A stretch of DNA of 64,000 nt from Eledone cirrhosa (Eukaryota). Of the stretch, positions 57,401-64,000 are shown one piece after another. Under the pieces are notes generated by a model. It made no database searches, was not told where the DNA came from, and saw only the letters and a list, made by a program, of their open reading frames with translations. The number at the start of each line of letters is the position of its first letter. Positions within the stretch are counted from its first letter, which is position 1. The position numbers and the translations under genes are program-made. The stretch is taken from positions 44,702,001 to 44,766,000 of the forward strand of contig OZ024742.1 of the NCBI GenBank assembly GCA_964016885.1. Direction: 5' to 3'.

Positions 57401-60400
57401 TTGATAGAGGTGACAATGTTGATAGTGATGACAATGATGATAGTGGTGATAATGATTGTGGTGACAATGTTGATAGTGGTGACAATGTTGATAGTGGTGA
57501 CAATGCTGATAGTGGTGACAATGATAGGGGTGACAATGTTGATAGTGATGACAATGTTGATAGTGGTGACAATGTTGATAGTGATGACAATGATGATAGT
57601 GGTGACAATGTTGATAGTGGTGACAATGATAGTGGTGACAATGTTGATAGAGGTGACAATGTTGAAAGTGGTGACAATGTTGATAGTGGTGACAATGTTG
57701 ATAGTGGTGACAATGTTGATAGTGATGACAATGTTGATAGTGGTGACAATGTTGATAGTGGTGACAATGTTAATAGTGGTGACAATGTCGATAGTGGTGA
57801 CAATGTTGATAGTGGTGACAATGTTGATAGTGGTCACAATGTTGATAGTGGTGACAATGATGATAGTGGTCACAATGTTGATAGTGGTGACAATGATGGT
57901 GGTGACAATGTTGATAGTGGTGACAATGTTGATAGTGGTCACAATGTTGATAGTGGTGACAATGATGATAGTGGTCACAATGTTGATAGTGGTGACAATG
58001 ATAGTGGTGACAATGTTGATAGTGGTGACAATGATAGTGGTGACAATGTTGATAGTGGTGACAATGTTGATAGTGGTGACAATGATAGTGGTGACAATGT
58101 TGATAGTGGTGACAATGTTGATAGTGGTGACAATGTTGATAGTGGTGACAATGTTGATAGTGGTGACAATGATAGTGGTGACAATGATAGTGGTGACGAT
58201 GTTGATAGTGGTTGCAATGTTGATAGTGGTGACAATGTTGATAGTTGTTGACAATGTTGATAGTGGTGACAATGTTGATAGAGGTGACAATGTTGATAGA
58301 GGTGACAATGTTGAATGTGGTGACAATGTTGATAGTGGTGACAATGTTGATAGTGGTGACAATGTTGATAGTGGTGACAATGTTGATAGTGGTGACAATG
58401 TTGATAGTGGTGACAATGATGATAGTGGTGACAATGTTGATAGTGGTGACAATGATGATAGTGGTGACAATGTTGATAGTGGTGACAATGTTGATAGTGG
58501 TGACAATGTTGATAGTGGTGACAATGTTGATAGTGGTGACAATGTTGATAGTGGTGACAATGATAGTGGTGACAATGTTGATAGAGGTGACAATGTTGAA
58601 AGTGGTGACAATGTTGATAGTGGTGACAATGTTGATAGTGGTGACAATGTTGATAGTGATGACAATGTTGATAGTGGTGACAATGTTGATAGTGGTGACA
58701 ATGTTAATAGTGGTGACAATGTCGATAGTGGTGACAATGTTGATAGTGGTGACAATGTTGATAGTGGTCACAATGTTGATAGTGGTGACAATGATGATAG
58801 TGGTCACAATGTTGATAGTGGTGACAATGATGGTGGTGACAATGTTGATAGTTGTTGACAATGTTGATAGTGGTGACAATGTTGATAGAGGTGACAATGT
58901 TGATAGTGATGACAATGATGATAGTGGTGATAATGATAGTGGTGACAATGTTGATAGTGATGACAATGTTGATAGTGGTGACAATGTTGATAGAGGTGAC
59001 AATGTTGATAGTGATGACAATGATGATAGTGGTGATAATGATTGTGGTGACAATGTTGATAGTGGTGACAATGTTGATAGTGGTGTCAATGATGATAGTG
59101 GTGACAATGTTGATAGTGATGACAATGATGATAGTGGCGACAATGTTGATAGTGGTGACAATGTTGATAGTGGTGACAATGATGATAGTGATGACAATGT
59201 TGATAGTGGTGACAATGATAGTGGTGACAATGTTGATAGTGGTGACAATGTTGATAGTGATGACAATGATGATAGTGGTGACAATGTTGATAGTGGTGAC
59301 AATATTGATAGTGGTGACAATTTTGATAGCGATGACAATGATGATAGTGATGACAATGATGATAGTGGTGATAATGATAGTGGTGACAATGTTGATAGTG
59401 ATGACAATGTTGATAGTGGTGACAATGTTGATAGTCGTGACAATGTTGATAGTCGTGACAATGTTGATAGTGGTGACAATGTTGATAGTGATGACAATGT
59501 TGATAGTGGTGACAATGTTGATAGTGGTGACAATGTTGATAGTGATGACAATGTTGATAGTGGTGACAATGTTAATAGTGGTGACAATGTTGATAGTGGT
59601 GACAATATTGATAGTGGTGACAATGTTGATAGTGGTGACAATGTTGATAGTGGTGACAATGATGATAGTGGTGACAATGTTGATAGTGGTGACAATGTTG
59701 ATAGTGGTGACAATGTTGATAGTGGTGACAATGTTGATAGTGGTGACAATGATGATAGTGATGACAATGTTGATAGTGGTGACAATGTTGATAGTGGTGA
59801 CAATGTTAATAGTGGTGACAATGTTGATAGTGGTGACAATATTGATAGTGGTGACAATGTTGATAGTGGTGACAATGTTGATAGTGGTGACAATGATGAT
59901 AGTGGTGACAATGTTGATAGTGGTGACAATGTTGATAGTGGTGACAATGTTGATAGTGGTGACAATGATGATAGTGATGACAATGTTGATAGTGGTGACA
60001 ATGTTGATAGTGGTGACAATGTTAATAGTGGTGACAATGTTGATAGTGGTGACAATATTGATAGTGGTGACAATGTTGATAGTGGTGACAATGATGATAG
60101 TGGTGACAATGTTGATAGTGGTGACAATGTTGATAGTGGTGACAATGATGATAGTGATGACAATGTTGATAGTGGTGACAATGTTGATAGTGGTGACAAT
60201 GTTAATAGTGGTGACAATGTTGATAGTGGTGACAATATTGATAGTGGTGACAATGTTGATAGTGGTGACAATGTTGATAGTGGTGACAATGATGATAGTG
60301 GTGACAATGTTGATAGTGGTGACAATGATGATAGTGGTGACAATGTTGATAGTGGTGACAATGTTGATAGTGGTGACAATGTTGAAAGTGGTGATAATGA

Positions 60401-63400
60401 TAGTGGTGACAATGTTGAAAGTGGTGATAATGTTGATAGTGGTGACAATGATGATAGTGGTGACAATGTTGAAAGTGGTGACAATGTTGATAGTGGTGAC
60501 AATGTTGATAGTGGTCACAATGTTGATAGTGGTGACAATTATGATAGTGGTCACAATGTTGATAGTGGTGACAATGATAGTAGTGACAATGTTGATAGTG
60601 GTGACAATGATAGTGGTGACAATGTTGATAGTGATGACAATGATAGTGGTGACAATGTTGAAAGTGGTGACAATGTTGATAGTGGTGACAATGTTGATAG
60701 TGATGACAATGTTGATAGTGGTGACAATGTTGATAGTGATGATAATGATGATAGTGGTGACAATGTTGATAGTGGTGACAATGTTAATAGTGGTGACAAT
60801 GTTGATAGTGGTGACAATGTTGATAGTGATGACAATGATAGTGGTGACAATGTTGAAAGTGGTGACAATGTTGATAGTGGTGACAATGTTGATAGTGATG
60901 ACAGTGATGATAGTGGTGACAATGTTGATAGTGGTGACAATTTTAATAGTGGTGACAATGTTGATAGTGGTGACAATGTTGATAGTGGTGACAATGTTGA
61001 TAGTGGTCACAATGTTGATAGTGGTGACAATGATGATAGTGGTCACAATGTTGATAGTGGTGACAATGTTGATAGTGATGATAATGATGATAGTGGTGAC
61101 AATGTTGATAGTGGTGACAATGTTGATAGTGGTCACAATGTTGATAGTGGTGACAATGTTGATAGTGGTGACAATGATAGTGGTGACAATGTTGATAGTG
61201 GTTGCAATGTTGATAGTGGTGACAATGTTGATAGTTGTTGACAATGTTGATAGTGGTGACAATGTTGATAGTGGTGACAACGTTGAAAGTGGTGACAATG
61301 TTGATAGTGGTGACAATGATAGTGGTGACAATGTTGATAGTGGTGACAATGTTGATAGTGGTGACAATGTTGATAGTGGTGACAATGATGATAGAGTTGA
61401 CAATGTTGAAAGTGGTGACAATGTTGATAGTGGTGACAATGTTGATAGTGGTGACAATGTTGAAAGTGGTGACAATGTTGATAGTGGTGACAATGTTGAT
61501 AGTGGTGACAATGTTGATAGTGGTGACAATGATGATAGAGTTGACAATGTTGATAGTGGTGACAATGATGATAGTGGTGACAATGATAGAGGTGACAATG
61601 TTGATAGTGGTGACAATGATGATAGTGGTGACAATGATAGAGGTGACAATGTTGATAGTGGTGACAATGATAGTGGTGACAATGATGATAGTGGTGACAA
61701 TGTTGAATGTGGTGACAATGTTGATAGTGGTGACAATGTTGATAGTGGTGACAATGTTGATAGTGGTGACAATGTTGATAGTGGTGACAATGATGATAGT
61801 GGTGACAATGTTGATAGTGGTGACAATGTTGATAGTGGTGACAATGATGATAGTGATGACAATGATGATAGTGGTGACAATGTTGATAGTGGTGACAATG
61901 ATGATAGTGACGACAATGATGATAGTGGTGACAATGTTGATAGTGGTGACAATGATGATAGTGATGACAATGATGATAGTGGTGACAATGTTGATAGTGG
62001 TGACAATGATGATAGTGACGACAATGATGATAGTGGTGACAATGTTGATAGTGGTGACAATGATGATAGTGGTGACAATGTTGATAGTGGTGACGATGTT
62101 GATAGTGGTGACATTGATAGTGGTGACAATGTTGATAGTGGTGACAATGATGATAGTGGTGACAATGTTGATAGTGGTGACAATGTTGATAGTGGTGACA
62201 ATGTTGATAGTGGTGACAATGTTGATAGTGATGACAATGATGATAGTGGTGACAATGATGATAGTGGTGACAATGTTGATAGTGGTGACAATGATGATAG
62301 TGGTGACAATGTTGATAGTGGTGACAATGTTGATAGAGGTGACAATGTTGAATGTGGTGACAATGTTGATAGTGGTGACAATGTTGATAGTGGTGACAAT
62401 GGTGATAGTGGTGACAATGGTGACAATGTTGATAGAGGTGACAATGTTGAATGTGGTGACAATGTTGATAGTGGTGACAATGTTGATAGTGGTGACAATG
62501 GTGATAGTGGTGACAATGTTGATAGTGGTGACAATGATAGTGGTGACAATGTTGATAGTGGTGACAATGTTGATAGTGGTGACAATGTTGATAGTGGTGA
62601 CAATGTTGATAGTGGTGACAATGTTGATAGAGGTGACAATGTTGAATGTGGTGACAATGTTGATAGTGGTGACAATGTTGATAGTGGTGACAATGTTGAT
62701 AGTGGTGACAATGTTGATAGAGGTGACAATGTTGAATGTGGTGACAATGTTGATAGTGGTGACAATGTTGATAGTGGTGACAATGGTGATAGTGGTGACA
62801 ATGTTGATAGTGGTGACAATGATAGTGGTGACAATGTTGATAGTGGTGACAATGTTGATAGTGGTGACAATGTTGATAGTGGTGACAATGTTGATAGTGG
62901 TGACAATGTTGATAGAGGTGACAATGTTGAATGTGGTGACAATGTTGATAGTGGTGACAATGTTGATAGTGGTGACAATGTTGATAGTGGTGACAATGTT
63001 GATAGAGGTGACAATGTTGAATGTGGTGACAATGTTGATAGTGGTGACAATGTTGATAGTGGTGACAATGTTGATAGTGGTGACAATGTTGATAGTGGTG
63101 ACAATGTTGATAATGGTGACAATGATGATAGTGGTGACAATGTTGGTAGTGGTGACAATGTTGATAGTGGTGACAATGTTGATAGTGGTGACAATGTTGA
63201 TAGTGGTGACAATGTTGATAGTGATGACAATGTTGATAATGGTGACAATGATGATAGTGGTGACAATGATAGTGGTGACAATGTTGATAGTGGTGACAAT
63301 GTTGATAGTGATGACAATGTTGATAGTGGTGACAATGTTGATAGTGGTGACAATGTTGATAGTGGTGACAATGTTGATAATGGTGACAATGATGATAGTG

Positions 63401-64000
63401 GTGACAATGATAGTGGTGACAATGTTGATAGTGGTGACAATGTTGATAGTGATGACAATGTTGATAGTGGTGACAATGTTGATAGTGGTGACAATGTTGA
63501 TAGTGGTGACAATGTTGATAGTGGTGACAATGTTGATAGTGGTGACAATGTTGATAGTGGTGACAATGTTGGTAGTGGTGACAATGTTGATAGTGGTGAC
63601 AATGTTGATAGTGGTGACAATGTTGATAGTGGTGACAATGTTGATAGTGGTGACAATGTTGATAGTGGTGACAATGTTGATAGTGGTGACAATGATGATA
63701 GTGGTGACAATGTTGATAGTGGTGACAATGTTGATAGTGGTGACAATGTTGATAGTGGTGACAATGTTGATAGTGGTGACAATGTTGATAGTGATGACAA
63801 TGTTGATAGTGGTGACAATGATAGTGGTGACAATGTTGATAGTGGTGACAATGTTGATAGTGATGACAATGTTGATAGTGGTGACAATGTTGATAGTGGT
63901 GACAATGTTGATAGTGGTGACAATGATGGGTGTGACAATGTTGATAGTGGTGACAATGATAGTGGTGACAATGTTGATAGTGGTGACAATGTTGATAGTG
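54461..64000. repeat. 18-bp tandem satellite array, running off the window end
   Basis: Consensus GATAGTGGTGACAATGTT, with frequent 15-bp units lacking GTT and with GTT>GAT and GGT>GAT variants. Roughly 540 units by length. Confidence 0.98.

Noticed and set aside
6467-64000. CRISPR-like array
   Set aside because: The repeats are directly head-to-tail with no unique spacers, there are no cas genes, and the context is eukaryotic.
54461-64000. Telomeric repeat or G-quadruplex array
   Set aside because: There is no TTAGGG-type unit and only one GG per monomer. The strand skew alone is not enough.

Overview
Eukaryotic, AT-rich, repeat-dominated window with no intact cellular gene that I can support. 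The SINE, LINE and microsatellite content resembles octopus or other cephalopod DNA, judged by recognition and not by a search. Bases 1-6460 hold two 5'-truncated RTE-clade LINE fragments with (ATG)n tails, several tRNA-derived SINEs, MITE-like remnants, a perfect 49-bp palindrome and microsatellites. Bases ~6467-54390 are a ~48 kb array of a 26-bp satellite (GATGATGATAGTGATG[A/T]CAATGA[T/C]GA) with nested kilobase-scale higher-order duplications. It is interrupted once by a 553-bp solo-LTR-like insertion with a 4-bp TSD (28142-28694). A short degenerate (ATG)n-like junction leads to a related 18-bp satellite (GATAGTGGTGACAATGTT) that runs to the window end. Nearly all ORFs in the supplied track are translation artefacts of the two satellites. 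I found no convincing novel protein-coding system. The best leads are the common origin of the two satellites, the solo LTR, a repeated H-type pseudoknot module shared by a LINE 3'UTR and a SINE, and a PHD-like finger inside the RTE reverse transcriptase.
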